From a virus, in IMG/VR virus record IMGVR_UViG_3300045988_131126: a stretch of DNA of 64,000 nt; one strand, written 5' to 3'. Position 1 is the stretch's first letter. Every line of letters starts with the position of its first letter. The notes below the pieces were generated by a model. The model worked only from the letters and a program-made list of their open reading frames with translations, searched no databases and was not told the DNA's origin. Below, in pieces: positions 1-8,431 of this stretch. Position numbers and translations under genes: made by a program.

Positions 1-780
1 AGCATCATCTTTAATTCTTTTAGCTGAAATTTTCTCAGCAATAGTCTTTTTAGGTTTAGTAACTACTGCATCTGTATTAGAAAGTAACACGTTTCTATAT
101 TCGTCCCATACTATAGCAATCTCTTCTAATGATAAATTACTAGTATCAACATTACGAGCTAACGGTTTCTTTTTTACAGGTTCGGTTAATACATCTACCG
201 ATTTATTTTCTGCCAGGTAATTACAGGCTTCTTTAAAAATTTTTAAGAAGTCATTACTACCTGATATGGATTCAGGTTTATCTATATAAATATTGTAAAA
301 CGTTCCGGAATTATAAGCATCTACAAAATCTCTTATATTTCTTGATCTCCATGGGTGCCTTATTTTTCGTAACGCCTTAGCTTCCACCTGGCGAATTCGT
401 TCTCTTGTAACATTAAATATCTTTTTTGTCTGATCTAATGTAAGATTTTCACCAAATCTATAATATAAAACTGAAGTTTCTCTTTTGGTTAGAGTTATTA
501 ATATATTATAAAGTCTCTCATATAAATCATCGGCATACGATATTGGATCAATATAATATACAGCATCTTTATTGTCTTCGGCAAATGGTACTAATTCTTT
601 TTCAAAATCTTCTTCAAGAGCTTTCTTTTTGGAATACCATTTTGGGACGTATTTACGTCCTCCATTTTCCAAGAATATAACGCATAAATCTTGGATCTCA
701 TCAGGATCGGTTCCTTTTTCAATTAATTCCTCAAAATATTTCTCGCATCTTTTGTTTAATTCTTCGTGTGTGTACTTCAT
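1..780 (-). CDS. sigma-70 region-4 (HTH) domain protein, putative phage sigma factor or transcription regulator; partial, C-terminus runs off the window start
   Basis: My own minus-strand translation from the ATG at 780..778 (MKYTHEELNKRCEKYFEELIEKG...) stays open to base 1. AAGGAG lies 7 nt upstream. The protein contains TKRETSVLYYRFGENLTLDQTKKIFNVTRERIRQVEAKALRKIRHP, the sigma-70 region 4.2 HTH pattern. No region 2 was recognised. It is missing from the ORF track because it is truncated. Confidence 0.7.
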   Translation of the reverse strand, partial: MKYTHEELNKRCEKYFEELIEKGTDPDEIQDLCVIFLENGGRKYVPKWYSKKKALEEDFEKELVPFAEDNKDAVYYIDPISYADDLYERLYNILITLTKRETSVLYYRFGENLTLDQTKKIFNVTRERIRQVEAKALRKIRHPWRSRNIRDFVDAYNSGTFYNIYIDKPESISGSNDFLKIFKEACNYLAENKSVDVLTEPVKKKPLARNVDTSNLSLEEIAIVWDEYRNVLLSNTDAVVTKPKKTIAEKISAKRIKDDA

Positions 781-816
781 AAGTTTTCTCCTTTTCTTAG
801 TGTATTCTTAATGTAC

Positions 817-898
817 TCTGAATAGTAAACAGCCCCTCCTGAATACTATTCATAGTAATAATATATCATTCAGAATATTTCTATTTACATTCTGAATG
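817..898. promoter_or_regulatory. cluster of four TCTGAAT-type motifs, including a perfect 10-bp inverted repeat, in a divergent intergenic region
   Basis: TCTGAAT at 817-823, CTGAAT at 839-844, and CATTCAGAAT (867-876) inverted against ATTCTGAATG (889-898) with a 12-bp spacer. The cluster lies between the minus-strand sigma-like gene and the plus-strand lysis genes. Confidence 0.4.
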
Positions 899-945
899 AT
901 TAAACATTAAATTAAAAATGATAAAGAGTAAGGAGGTGCACTAAG

Positions 946-1056
946 ATGGCAATGATTTATTATCGACTTGTATCAAAAGGTGTAAAAACTATTGATCAGG
1001 TCCCTGAAAAATTCAGAGCTGAGGTGCAGGCATTACTCGATGCCGATAATAAATGA
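946..1056 (+). CDS. small XkdX/CD1375-like phage protein (36 aa)
   Basis: My own translation gives MAMIYYRLVSKGVKTIDQVPEKFRAEVQALLDADNK. AAGGAGG lies 8 nt upstream. It is a paralogue of the next ORF (shared KG.KTIDQVP motif). It is too short for the ORF track. Confidence 0.5.
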   Translation: MAMIYYRLVSKGVKTIDQVPEKFRAEVQALLDADNK

Positions 1057-1121
1057 CGAGCAAAATTAAATTTGCTATAGATTTACTAAAACTTGTTTTT
1101 TCAAGAAAGGAGGAATCAATT

Positions 1122-1277
1122 ATGGATTCCATGGTTGCGATTTATGTAGCACTTATTATTAAAGGTAAAAAGACTATCGATCAGGTTCCGAAGAATCTGA
1201 AAGAAAAAGTTAAAAACATGCTGATCGATCTGGATCTGCCAGAACTTGCTGGTGTTTCCACTGAAGAGCAGAAATAA
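1122..1277 (+). CDS. small XkdX/CD1375-like phage protein (51 aa)
   Basis: Internal ATG of the track ORF 1053..1277, preceded by AAGGAGGAATCAATT. The protein MDSMVAIYVALIIKGKKTIDQVPKNLKEKVK resembles the small proteins usually found next to lysis genes in clostridial and Bacillus phages. Confidence 0.55.
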   Translation: MDSMVAIYVALIIKGKKTIDQVPKNLKEKVKNMLIDLDLPELAGVSTEEQK

Positions 1278-1288
1278 TTAATCTGTAT

Positions 1289-1312
1289 GGGAATACCGTG
1301 TTTGGTATTCCC
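1289..1312 (+). terminator. hairpin followed by a T-run
   Basis: GGGAATACC gtgttt GGTATTCCC followed by ATATTTTG. Confidence 0.5.
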
Positions 1313-1337
1313 ATATTTTGCTTAAGGAGGTTTTATT

Positions 1338-3116
1338 ATGGGTGCTATACTTGATAAATATATTAATCAGCTTCAGTCCTGGCTTGGTTATAATGAAGCC
1401 GATGGTACAGATGATATTATTATTAAAACATATAATAGTCAACGCCCATCTGGATCGTACAAAATGTCAATGGATGATCCTTGGTGCCATGCTACTATAT
1501 CAGCAGCTGCATATAAAGTAGGTATTTCTGGAACTATTATTCCTAATACTTGCTATTGTCCGGATGGTATAGATTGGTTTAAATCTAAAGGACAATGGGT
1601 AGGCAGAAACAGCTCTAAATACAACCCTATACGTGGAGATATTATCTACTATGATTGGGGCGGAGATGGAGAATCTGATCATGTAGGAGCAACAGTATCT
1701 AAAGATGGAAATACACTTCAAGTACTTGAAGGTAATAAATCTGATAAGTGCTGTTATAGATATATAGATCAATATGATAGTTGTATCATGGGATATGGTA
1801 GACCAGACTATGATGGTAACGGTGGTAATACAGGTTCTACTAAAGAAGATAGAAACTGGTTACAAGAAGGTGATTCTGGTAATGATGTACTAGAAATGCA
1901 GAAAAAATTAAAAGCTATAGGCTATAGTATAGATGTAGATGGAGAATGGGGTCCAGCCACAACTAAGGTAGTAAAACAATTCCAAAAAGATAACGATCTT
2001 AATGTAGATGGTGGATTCGGTGAGTTAAGTTCAGCTAGACTTAATGTATTATATAATAATAAGCAAACTACAGTTACTCCTACTACAGATTATATAGGCA
2101 AATATGTAAAAGAGTTTGAATCTGGAAATGCTGGTCCTACATCTATCGAACATTGCGGAGATGATGGTGGATTATCATATGGTACATATCAATTTATTTG
2201 GTCTTATGATAATGAGCCTGGATCTGCTCAGAGATTCTGGGATAAATACTATGCTAATACTTATGGTAAAGCTACCTCTTATGCAGATCTTAAAAATAAA
2301 TGGTTAAAAGCAGTAAAAGCTGATAAGAAAACATTTATTGATAATGAATGGGAATATGTATTAGATGGTGGAGAATATTATTCTCAAATGATTAGTACTT
2401 TAAAAGGATATTTTAATCCAAATACATTCTCTAGAGCAATGCAAGATTGTTGTTGGTCTTGGTCTGTTCATAGAGGTGGATATGGTGCTGCTACAGAGTT
2501 TAAGAAAGCTTGCGCTGCTGCTGGAATAGATGATCCACAGAAAGCAAAAGAAAAAGACTTATTAGCAGCTTGCTATGATTATAGATGGAAACATATTACT
2601 TATAACGGTAAGAGATTGACCAGATATTCACCAGATGGTGGAGAAGATAGCGAATATGTAACCATTCAAACTAAGATAGGACTTAAGCCTATAGATTATA
2701 TTACTCCTAGCGGTAAATTGATCAAGAAAGTTACTACCGGAAATAATACTAGTACAGATAAACCAAGTTCTTCTGATACTAAAAAAGAAAGTACTGCTGA
2801 TTTAGAAGCTTGGCAAAAGAAATGGTTAATGTCTGTACAGAAAATAGTAGGTGTAAAAGCTACTGGAATATACAATAAAGATATATTACACTATATTACT
2901 ATCTTAGATACAGGTTCTAAAGGATCATTAGTTAAAAAGCTTCAGGAGAAATTGATTCATCTTCAATATACCGAAGATCCTATAACAGGAACATATGATT
3001 CTAATACAAAGAAACTTGTAAAAGAATATCAAAAGTGGCATAGTATTACTGCTAATGGAGTTTGTAATATAGAAACTTGGGAGCAGTTATTATCAAAAAG
3101 AAAAGGTATAAAATAA
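1338..3116 (+). CDS. multidomain endolysin: CHAP/NlpC-P60-type amidase/peptidase, PG_binding_1, lysozyme-like domain, PG_binding_1
   Basis: Cys-His pair pattern DDPWCHATISAAAY ... GESDHVGATVS ... LEGN. Two peptidoglycan-binding repeats: GNDVLEMQKKLKAIGYSIDVDGEWGPATTKVVKQFQ, and a C-terminal GSLVKKLQEKL...TKKLVKEYQKWH. The central ESGNAGPTSIEHCGDDGGLSYGTYQF segment resembles phage tail-lysozyme or transglycosylase-like domains. RBS TAAGGAGG. Confidence 0.85.
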   Translation: MGAILDKYINQLQSWLGYNEADGTDDIIIKTYNSQRPSGSYKMSMDDPWCHATISAAAYKVGISGTIIPNTCYCPDGIDWFKSKGQWVGRNSSKYNPIRGDIIYYDWGGDGESDHVGATVSKDGNTLQVLEGNKSDKCCYRYIDQYDSCIMGYGRPDYDGNGGNTGSTKEDRNWLQEGDSGNDVLEMQKKLKAIGYSIDVDGEWGPATTKVVKQFQKDNDLNVDGGFGELSSARLNVLYNNKQTTVTPTTDYIGKYVKEFESGNAGPTSIEHCGDDGGLSYGTYQFIWSYDNEPGSAQRFWDKYYANTYGKATSYADLKNKWLKAVKADKKTFIDNEWEYVLDGGEYYSQMISTLKGYFNPNTFSRAMQDCCWSWSVHRGGYGAATEFKKACAAAGIDDPQKAKEKDLLAACYDYRWKHITYNGKRLTRYSPDGGEDSEYVTIQTKIGLKPIDYITPSGKLIKKVTTGNNTSTDKPSSSDTKKESTADLEAWQKKWLMSVQKIVGVKATGIYNKDILHYITILDTGSKGSLVKKLQEKLIHLQYTEDPITGTYDSNTKKLVKEYQKWHSITANGVCNIETWEQLLSKRKGIK

Positions 3117-3123
3117 AATATAT

Positions 3124-3150
3124 AAGGGATATCCATAATGGATATCCCTT
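3124..3150. terminator. bidirectional hairpin between convergent genes
   Basis: AAGGGATATCCA taa TGGATATCCCTT, flanked by A/T runs. Confidence 0.6.
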
Positions 3151-3154
3151 ATTA

Positions 3155-3676
3155 TTATTTAGTGGTATTACTATCTTTAGTAGCGTCTGTTGTTGTATCA
3201 GTATCTGTATCAGGAGTTAATGTAGATACTAATTCGTAAATATCGCATACAGCTGTCTGAACTTCTGTAATCTGATCAGTATTAGAAGCCTGTTGTTCGT
3301 AAACATCGACAAGAGCAGTCTGAGCCTCAGTGATCTGATCTGTATTAGATGTCTGCTGCTCATATACATCTGCTAATGCTGTCTGAGTTTCTGTTACCTG
3401 ATCATTAGTAGATGTCATATTATCAGAAGTCTCTTTGATATATGTATTCATATCAATTTCATACATATCTACATTAGTATAGTTTGTATCTTCTCCTAAT
3501 GCTTTACCAGCAAAAGAATAAATTACAGAGCCATCAGCAGATAAAATACCGTCTGCTTTGGAAGCATCATCTGTAGTGATGATAACTCCATTTGTCTGTT
3601 TGAATATATATCTAGGTGTTTCAAAGTATTCAACTTTTTTGGTTATTTTATTAACCGGAATAATAACTTTAAACAT
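3155..3676 (-). CDS. hypothetical protein with three tandem 21-aa repeats and a T/D-rich tail
   Basis: Track ORF. The repeats are DQVTETQTALADVYEQQTSNT / DQITEAQTALVDVYEQQASNT / DQITEVQTAVCDIYELVS. Confidence 0.6.
   Translation of the reverse strand: MFKVIIPVNKITKKVEYFETPRYIFKQTNGVIITTDDASKADGILSADGSVIYSFAGKALGEDTNYTNVDMYEIDMNTYIKETSDNMTSTNDQVTETQTALADVYEQQTSNTDQITEAQTALVDVYEQQASNTDQITEVQTAVCDIYELVSTLTPDTDTDTTTDATKDSNTTK
3230..3403 (-). repeat. about three tandem 63-bp coding repeats
   Basis: The DNA and protein repeats are visible directly (ctgatc(a/t)gtattaga(a/t)g(c/t)ctg(t/c)tg(t/c)tc...). Confidence 0.7.
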
Positions 3677-3806
3677 TTTTATACATCCTTTCTTAATAAC
3701 GTTATTAATTATTTAATTGTTTGGGCTAGGCAAAATTTAAAAATAAAATACACTATACATATAAGTAATTGAGGACGTTTAAGTCTATTAATTTATTTCC
3801 TTTTTT

Positions 3807-3878
3807 GGACATTTAGCTAAGGGGTACAGCATTCGGCTCATAACCGAAAGATCCGGGGTTCGAATCCCTGAATGTCCA
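3807..3878 (+). tRNA. tRNA with anticodon CAT (Met, or Ile if lysidine-modified)
   Basis: Hand-folded cloverleaf. Acceptor GGACATT/AATGTCC; D arm GCT-AAGGGGTAC-AGC; anticodon arm TTCGG-CTCATAA-CCGAA; T arm CGGGG-TTCGAAT-CCCTG; discriminator A. It lacks the three G-C pairs of an initiator anticodon stem. Confidence 0.85.
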
Positions 3879-3942
3879 TTTAAATAATAGCATAGCTTTT
3901 TAAAGCTATGCTATATCTTTTTTGGAAAGGAAATGAAAAATT

Positions 3943-4446
3943 ATGAAAAGAGTAATTGCAGAGTGCCCCTATAATGATTATTATCTATATGTGGTCTTCC
4001 ATAAAAATGAAGGAAGACGATACGCTAATTTGATACCTATAGATGGATCTTCAGGGCTAAAAAGAAAAACAATAAGTTATGCAAGATATTTAATGTCTGT
4101 GAAAGAAGGGCGTATTCTTAACGAAAATGAACATGTTGATCATAAAGACAATAATAAAATTCACGATGATATAAGCAATCTTCAGATATTATCTCCGAGG
4201 GAAAATAAAATTAAAGAAGCAAAACGAAGAGGTACAAAAATGGTCGTTTTAAAATGTCCATACTGCGGTGTTATATTTGAAAAACCTAGAGGAAAAACAT
4301 TTTTAGTAAAAGGTGGTCGTTTTGCTGCATGTAGTAAAAGTTGTTCAGCCGGATTTGGTTCATTGCTACAATTTCATCCTAATGATCCAAAACTTTTACA
4401 AGCACTAAAAGAAAATGTTATAAATGAATACATAAAACATGAATAG
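3943..4446 (+). CDS. HNH homing endonuclease
   Basis: HNH core EHVDHKDNNKIHDDISNLQILSPRENKIKE plus a Cys-rich C-terminal segment (CPYCG...ACSKSC). It stands alone between a tRNA and a tRNA fragment, after the hairpin ATAGCATAGCTTTTTAAAGCTATGCTAT. Confidence 0.8.
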   Translation: MKRVIAECPYNDYYLYVVFHKNEGRRYANLIPIDGSSGLKRKTISYARYLMSVKEGRILNENEHVDHKDNNKIHDDISNLQILSPRENKIKEAKRRGTKMVVLKCPYCGVIFEKPRGKTFLVKGGRFAACSKSCSAGFGSLLQFHPNDPKLLQALKENVINEYIKHE

Positions 4447-4487
4447 TCATAAACCGTAAGTCATTGGTTCGAATCCAATATGGTCCA
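4446..4487 (+). pseudogene. 3' portion of a second tRNA(CAT): anticodon loop to acceptor 3' strand, with no 5' half
   Basis: gTCATAA-ACCGT-AAGTC-ATTGG-TTCGAAT-CCAAT-ATGGTCC-A. The T arm and acceptor 3' strand are well formed. The matching 5' strand GGACCAT and the anticodon-stem 5' strand ACGGT were not found upstream. Confidence 0.5.
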
Positions 4488-4489
4488 CT

Positions 4490-4523
4490 ATATCTCGTAT
4501 ACTTATATAAGTATACGAGATAT
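4490..4523 (+). terminator. 15-bp perfect hairpin
   Basis: ATATCTCGTATACTT atat AAGTATACGAGATAT, directly after the tRNA fragment. Confidence 0.6.
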
Positions 4524-4992
4524 AACTTCTTAATAATAAATGTTTAGCTTTATGTATTTCGTTTTTTTGTATCAGATTTGTTACGTTTCTATATAAACGT
4601 ACGTTTACAATTGCATTCATTGCTACAAAAGTAAATAATAAATGTTTTGAAACTATATTCTACTTTCACTATTTAATGTATTATTTTCTTATATGTAGTG
4701 CGTAAATTTATCTCTATACACTATATAGTGTATAGAGATATTTTTATGCCAAAGTATTTAATTTTATTTTTATAACTCTATATAACCCACTACTCTGATA
4801 AATAGCAAGTTATATAGAGGTCTTATAATACATCCTTTATTTTTGTCCCCACATTATAAATTTTGTATTATTACGAATATGTTGTATTTAATATTATTTC
4901 ACAAAAAATAAAATCAAGTAATGTTTAAAATACGTATCTCTAGGTGGTCGCTAGAGATACGTAAGTCACGTACTTATGAATACATTACTTTA

Positions 4993-5151
4993 CTACCAAG
5001 TCTGCAATCCCTTGGTAGTCTCACACACACATTTAAACACACTTTTCACACGCTCTGATATAGGGAGACCTCTCAGAGTAAAGGTTTGTTACTCGTTTGA
5101 ACACATTGCAATAGAAAGGATAGAGAGGACCCTTTCTATTGTTTTTCTTTT
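4993..5151 (+). ncRNA. candidate small RNA: two hairpins, a CA-rich linker and an intrinsic terminator
   Basis: CTACCAAG(4993-5000)/CTTGGTAG(5011-5018). Linker tctcacacacacatttaaacacacttttcacacg. CTCTGA(5053-58)/TCAGAG(5073-78). Terminator ATAGAAAGG(5111-19)/CCTTTCTAT(5131-39) followed by TGTTTTTCTTTT. No plus-strand gene precedes this terminator. The overlapping track ORF 4976..5182 has no SD. Confidence 0.35.
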
Positions 5152-5329
5152 GACTGTAATTGAAATATTATTCTTTATATGACCACTTATTATAAAGAAT
5201 ATGTAGAACTGCTAGATAACAATGATTTATATAATCACCATTATCACTATAATAATATATAACTGAGATTCTGAACTTATTCAAAACGATTAAGAACCCC
5301 ATATACTATATAGTATATGGGGTTTAATT

Positions 5330-5830
5330 TTAATCACAATGTAAAACAATATTTCCGGTATCGATAGTTTTTCTTACATTAATAACTCTTTGGTTAGATG
5401 ATCCTCTCCATTTTAAAGATGTATCTCTAAACTTTTCTATATATGGACCATCTATAATTACATCTATTTTATTTAAAATTCCGATAGGCACAAACTTCTT
5501 AAGATCATTAAAAGTATATCCTGTATATAACCATACAGTTTTATTAGGATAAACAGATTTAATGTATTCTATAAGTTCGTACACTTCTTCTCTATTACTT
5601 TCAAATAACGGATCACCGCCAGAGAAAGTAATACCAGAAATATAATCTTGAGATACGATATCTAATAATTCTTTTCTAGCATTTTCATCAAATAAAATAC
5701 CATCATCAGGATCCCATGTTACAGGATTTTGACAGTTAGGACAATGATGAGAGCATCCAGCTACCCATAACACAACTCTTAATCCATCTCCGTTTTTCAT
5801 GTCATCCTTTGTAATATTATGATAATTCAT
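5330..5830 (-). CDS. nrdG: anaerobic ribonucleoside-triphosphate reductase activating protein (radical SAM)
   Basis: GDGLRVVLWVAGCSHHCPNCQNPVTWD (the NrdG-type CxxxCxxC cluster context) and FSGGDPL. The size (166 aa) is typical. Confidence 0.85.
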   Translation of the reverse strand: MNYHNITKDDMKNGDGLRVVLWVAGCSHHCPNCQNPVTWDPDDGILFDENARKELLDIVSQDYISGITFSGGDPLFESNREEVYELIEYIKSVYPNKTVWLYTGYTFNDLKKFVPIGILNKIDVIIDGPYIEKFRDTSLKWRGSSNQRVINVRKTIDTGNIVLHCD

Positions 5831-5846
5831 AGCTATGGTTCTCCTT

Positions 5847-6713
5847 TTATCTTAATTTAATACATAGCCCCTGTACAGATGTAACTATTCCTACATGTAC
5901 TGTCATTTTTCCTGTTTCTGATACATATGTATCTCCAGCATTATATGCAGTAGCTTTCCCGTCCAAGGTTTTAATTCTTGATTTATCATCTGTATAAATA
6001 TCAGAATCTAAAGCATCGTTATATTGGTTTAATACACATTTCATATCATCAGGCATAGCTTCTACTAAGTCTTCTGGTAATGTATTTTGTATATTAACTA
6101 CGTTATCATTAATAAGATCCATAGATTGTAATGTAAGTTCGCATCTGTAAAAGTCTTTATCACATTCAAATCTATTAAGTTTATTTTTCTTAATATTGGT
6201 TATCACAAGAGATAATGTTTTATTTATGGTTCCACCAAGAGTAATATTCTTAGTATCTCCTACTAACCATTTCTTTTCAGCGCATCCATTTTCTATAGTA
6301 GTGATAATGGCTTCCCAAGTATTATTCTTAAATACAGGATCTACATCTATAGTCTGTATCTTAATAATATCCACTTTATCCCATGAATGTTTTCCTAAAT
6401 CAGAGCACGGAATAATAGCGTAATAATATGTAGTATTAGGTTCTACAGAGTCATCTACAAAGTATTTATCTTTGTATTCATTACGATCATATATCTCTGT
6501 AATGATCTCCCCATCCCAAGTATCTTTAGGAGGTTCATCTTTCTTTCTAATAATTCTTGTAAATTCCCATTTAGAGAAATAAATTTTATCAAGTATCGGA
6601 TCAACCGGATCGGTCCATTTTAAAGAAACAGAATTTGCAGTAACATCTATGTCGATATTCGTAGCAGGACCAATCGGATATTGTTTTGTATATCGTTTAA
6701 TAGAATCATCCAT
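5847..6713 (-). CDS. FN3-domain protein, distant paralogue of the DGR target family
   Basis: Start moved to MDDSIKRY (ATG at 6713, SD GGAGATTTTCAAA). It shares with the target family VSLKWTDPVDP, YYYAIIP and NNTWEAI...WLVGDTKNITLGG. It lacks the C-terminal GVCFCF end. Confidence 0.6.
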   Translation of the reverse strand: MDDSIKRYTKQYPIGPATNIDIDVTANSVSLKWTDPVDPILDKIYFSKWEFTRIIRKKDEPPKDTWDGEIITEIYDRNEYKDKYFVDDSVEPNTTYYYAIIPCSDLGKHSWDKVDIIKIQTIDVDPVFKNNTWEAIITTIENGCAEKKWLVGDTKNITLGGTINKTLSLVITNIKKNKLNRFECDKDFYRCELTLQSMDLINDNVVNIQNTLPEDLVEAMPDDMKCVLNQYNDALDSDIYTDDKSRIKTLDGKATAYNAGDTYVSETGKMTVHVGIVTSVQGLCIKLR

Positions 6714-6802
6714 TTTGAAAATCTCCTTTTCGATTATAAGTATTATATTAAAGTTCAAAATATAATAAAAATAGAGGAAGAGCCAAAACTCTTCCTCTAG
6801 AA

Positions 6803-7087
6803 TTATCCAAAAATACTCTCTATAATTCCAACAACAACGCCAATCAATACAATGACAAATATTGCCATCCATACAATAAATGATACACCTATCGCTATTT
6901 TCATTGAATATATACATATGACATATAGAACACCGTTTAAGCATTTATCTGCATAATTCATCATATATGGTATAGTATATTTATATAGGTATGGAATAAG
7001 CAATCCAAATACTGGTATTGATAATGGAACGAATAAAATACATAATAATCCTAATACAGAATTATTGCTCAGAAGCTTCTTCATCAT
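6803..7087 (-). CDS. small integral membrane protein (holin-like by composition only)
   Basis: 94 aa with about three hydrophobic segments. SD AAGGAGAATACC precedes ATGATG. Confidence 0.5.
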   Translation of the reverse strand: MMKKLLSNNSVLGLLCILFVPLSIPVFGLLIPYLYKYTIPYMMNYADKCLNGVLYVICIYSMKIAIGVSFIVWMAIFVIVLIGVVVGIIESIFG

Positions 7088-7202
7088 GGTATTCTCCTTT
7101 TTCTTCCTGCTCTTTGTTATCTGGTAATAACTCTGTAATGATAAATCCTACACCTACAAGTGTTAATAATGTTGCAACTCCTAAAATAATATCTTTCTTC
7201 AT
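7062..7202 (-). CDS. small single-pass membrane protein with an acidic tail
   Basis: Internal start MKKDIILGVATLLTLVGVGFIITELL, immediately after the stop of the upstream kinase-like gene. The longer track ORF would overlap that gene. Confidence 0.4.
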   Translation of the reverse strand: MKKDIILGVATLLTLVGVGFIITELLPDNKEQEEKGEYHDEEASEQ

Positions 7203-7203
7203 T

Positions 7204-8022
7204 TTAATAAGCCTCCTTAATAATTTCTTTAAGTAAATTTGCTGGATATGATGAAATCTTTGCACATGTTGATGCATCTACACTGTTTCTATCACGAATT
7301 AATTCTGCTGTATCGTCTTTGAATTTTAATAAGATAGATTCGATAGCTTTTAATGTCTCACTCTTATTCATTTTATTCATCATAACGTGCTTCACGTATG
7401 TTGTTACTACTGAAAGATTTCTGCCTCCGTCTATTGACCATACAGCAATATTTTTTAACTGTTTACAAATTTCAGAATATTTTTCTTTTGAAAAATCTTC
7501 TCTGTCTTTATCTATTCTTCTTAATATTTCTTTTACTGCATCGTAAGATACAGATTTTTTATCTATAGAAACTCTATTTATATATCGTTTTATTCTTATT
7601 CCTTCATCTACTGCAATATTTATAGCAATTATATTAAAATGCTCTACAAGTAATTTATTATTATCAAATTGCAATAAACCGTCTAATGTAGTGATTCCGA
7701 TATATGTATTTTCACAACGTTTTTCTACACCTAATAACTCTGGCGGTACAAGGTTAGTATAGAATACTGTTGTTAATTCTCCTTTATTATTATACATTTC
7801 ATAGGATCTCGGATCTATTTTTTCATATGACGGTATAGCACTATACTGATCAAATGTATTAAAGACAATATCAGGATCCCCGGTTTCATCTTCTCTAGAC
7901 TCTCTGGTTGTGCATAATCGAAGTTTCTTAATTGATGGGATCGAGTGTACAATTTGGTTTAAAATACTGTCCTTCCCTGAACAGGAAGGACCGATTAATA
8001 ATATTAATGTGTTCTTTTGCAT
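7204..8022 (-). CDS. P-loop kinase, guanylate-kinase/dNMP-kinase-like
   Basis: N-terminal Walker A LLIGPSCSGKDSILNQI, typical of the guanylate kinase fold. The substrate is not inferable. Confidence 0.55.
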   Translation of the reverse strand: MQKNTLILLIGPSCSGKDSILNQIVHSIPSIKKLRLCTTRESREDETGDPDIVFNTFDQYSAIPSYEKIDPRSYEMYNNKGELTTVFYTNLVPPELLGVEKRCENTYIGITTLDGLLQFDNNKLLVEHFNIIAINIAVDEGIRIKRYINRVSIDKKSVSYDAVKEILRRIDKDREDFSKEKYSEICKQLKNIAVWSIDGGRNLSVVTTYVKHVMMNKMNKSETLKAIESILLKFKDDTAELIRDRNSVDASTCAKISSYPANLLKEIIKEAY

Positions 8023-8122
8023 ATTAATTTCCTCCTTATTTTTCTATTAATGTAAAGTTTTGACAATTATAAAAATAAAACAAAGACACCCATGTATGTC
8101 AGGATCATACATGGGTAAAAAA

Positions 8123-8389
8123 TCATCTATTGGAATTGGTTAAACCTAAAGGACCAGATTGAAACGGTGTTCTTATATTAACTACAGGATCTGTTCCGTC
8201 TATACGTACAGATAAATTATTATTTTCGTCTATTTCCATAATAAGAAGATATACCTCCCCTGTACATTGATCTTTAAATTTTTTCTTATTTTCTCCGGGC
8301 CACAATTTATAAGCTATCCCTAATTCACAAGCCTCTCTTATACTATACCATGTGTTTTTATCAAATTCTTTGTGAAATACATTTTCCAT
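8123..8389 (-). CDS. hypothetical protein
   Basis: Track ORF downstream of the RT, followed by the hairpin ACCCATGTATG/CATACATGGGT (8088-8116) and a T-run on the minus strand. Confidence 0.5.
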   Translation of the reverse strand: MENVFHKEFDKNTWYSIREACELGIAYKLWPGENKKKFKDQCTGEVYLLIMEIDENNNLSVRIDGTDPVVNIRTPFQSGPLGLTNSNR

Positions 8390-8431
8390 ATTATTTTCTC
8401 CTTTTATCTATAATATTTTTAATATAAGGTT

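Noticed and set aside
572-811. A 79-aa plus-strand ORF.
   Set aside because: It is antisense to the sigma-like gene, whose frame carries a clear region 4.2 motif.
4976-5182. A 68-aa plus-strand ORF lies in the gene-free region.
   Set aside because: It has no SD and it runs through three hairpins and a terminator. A non-coding RNA is the better explanation.
6714-6944. The track ORF 5847..6944 carries an N-terminal extension.
   Set aside because: The extension is Cys- and Trp-rich nonsense that overlaps the membrane-protein gene 6803..7087. A strong SD precedes the internal ATG at 6713, and the family N-terminus begins there.
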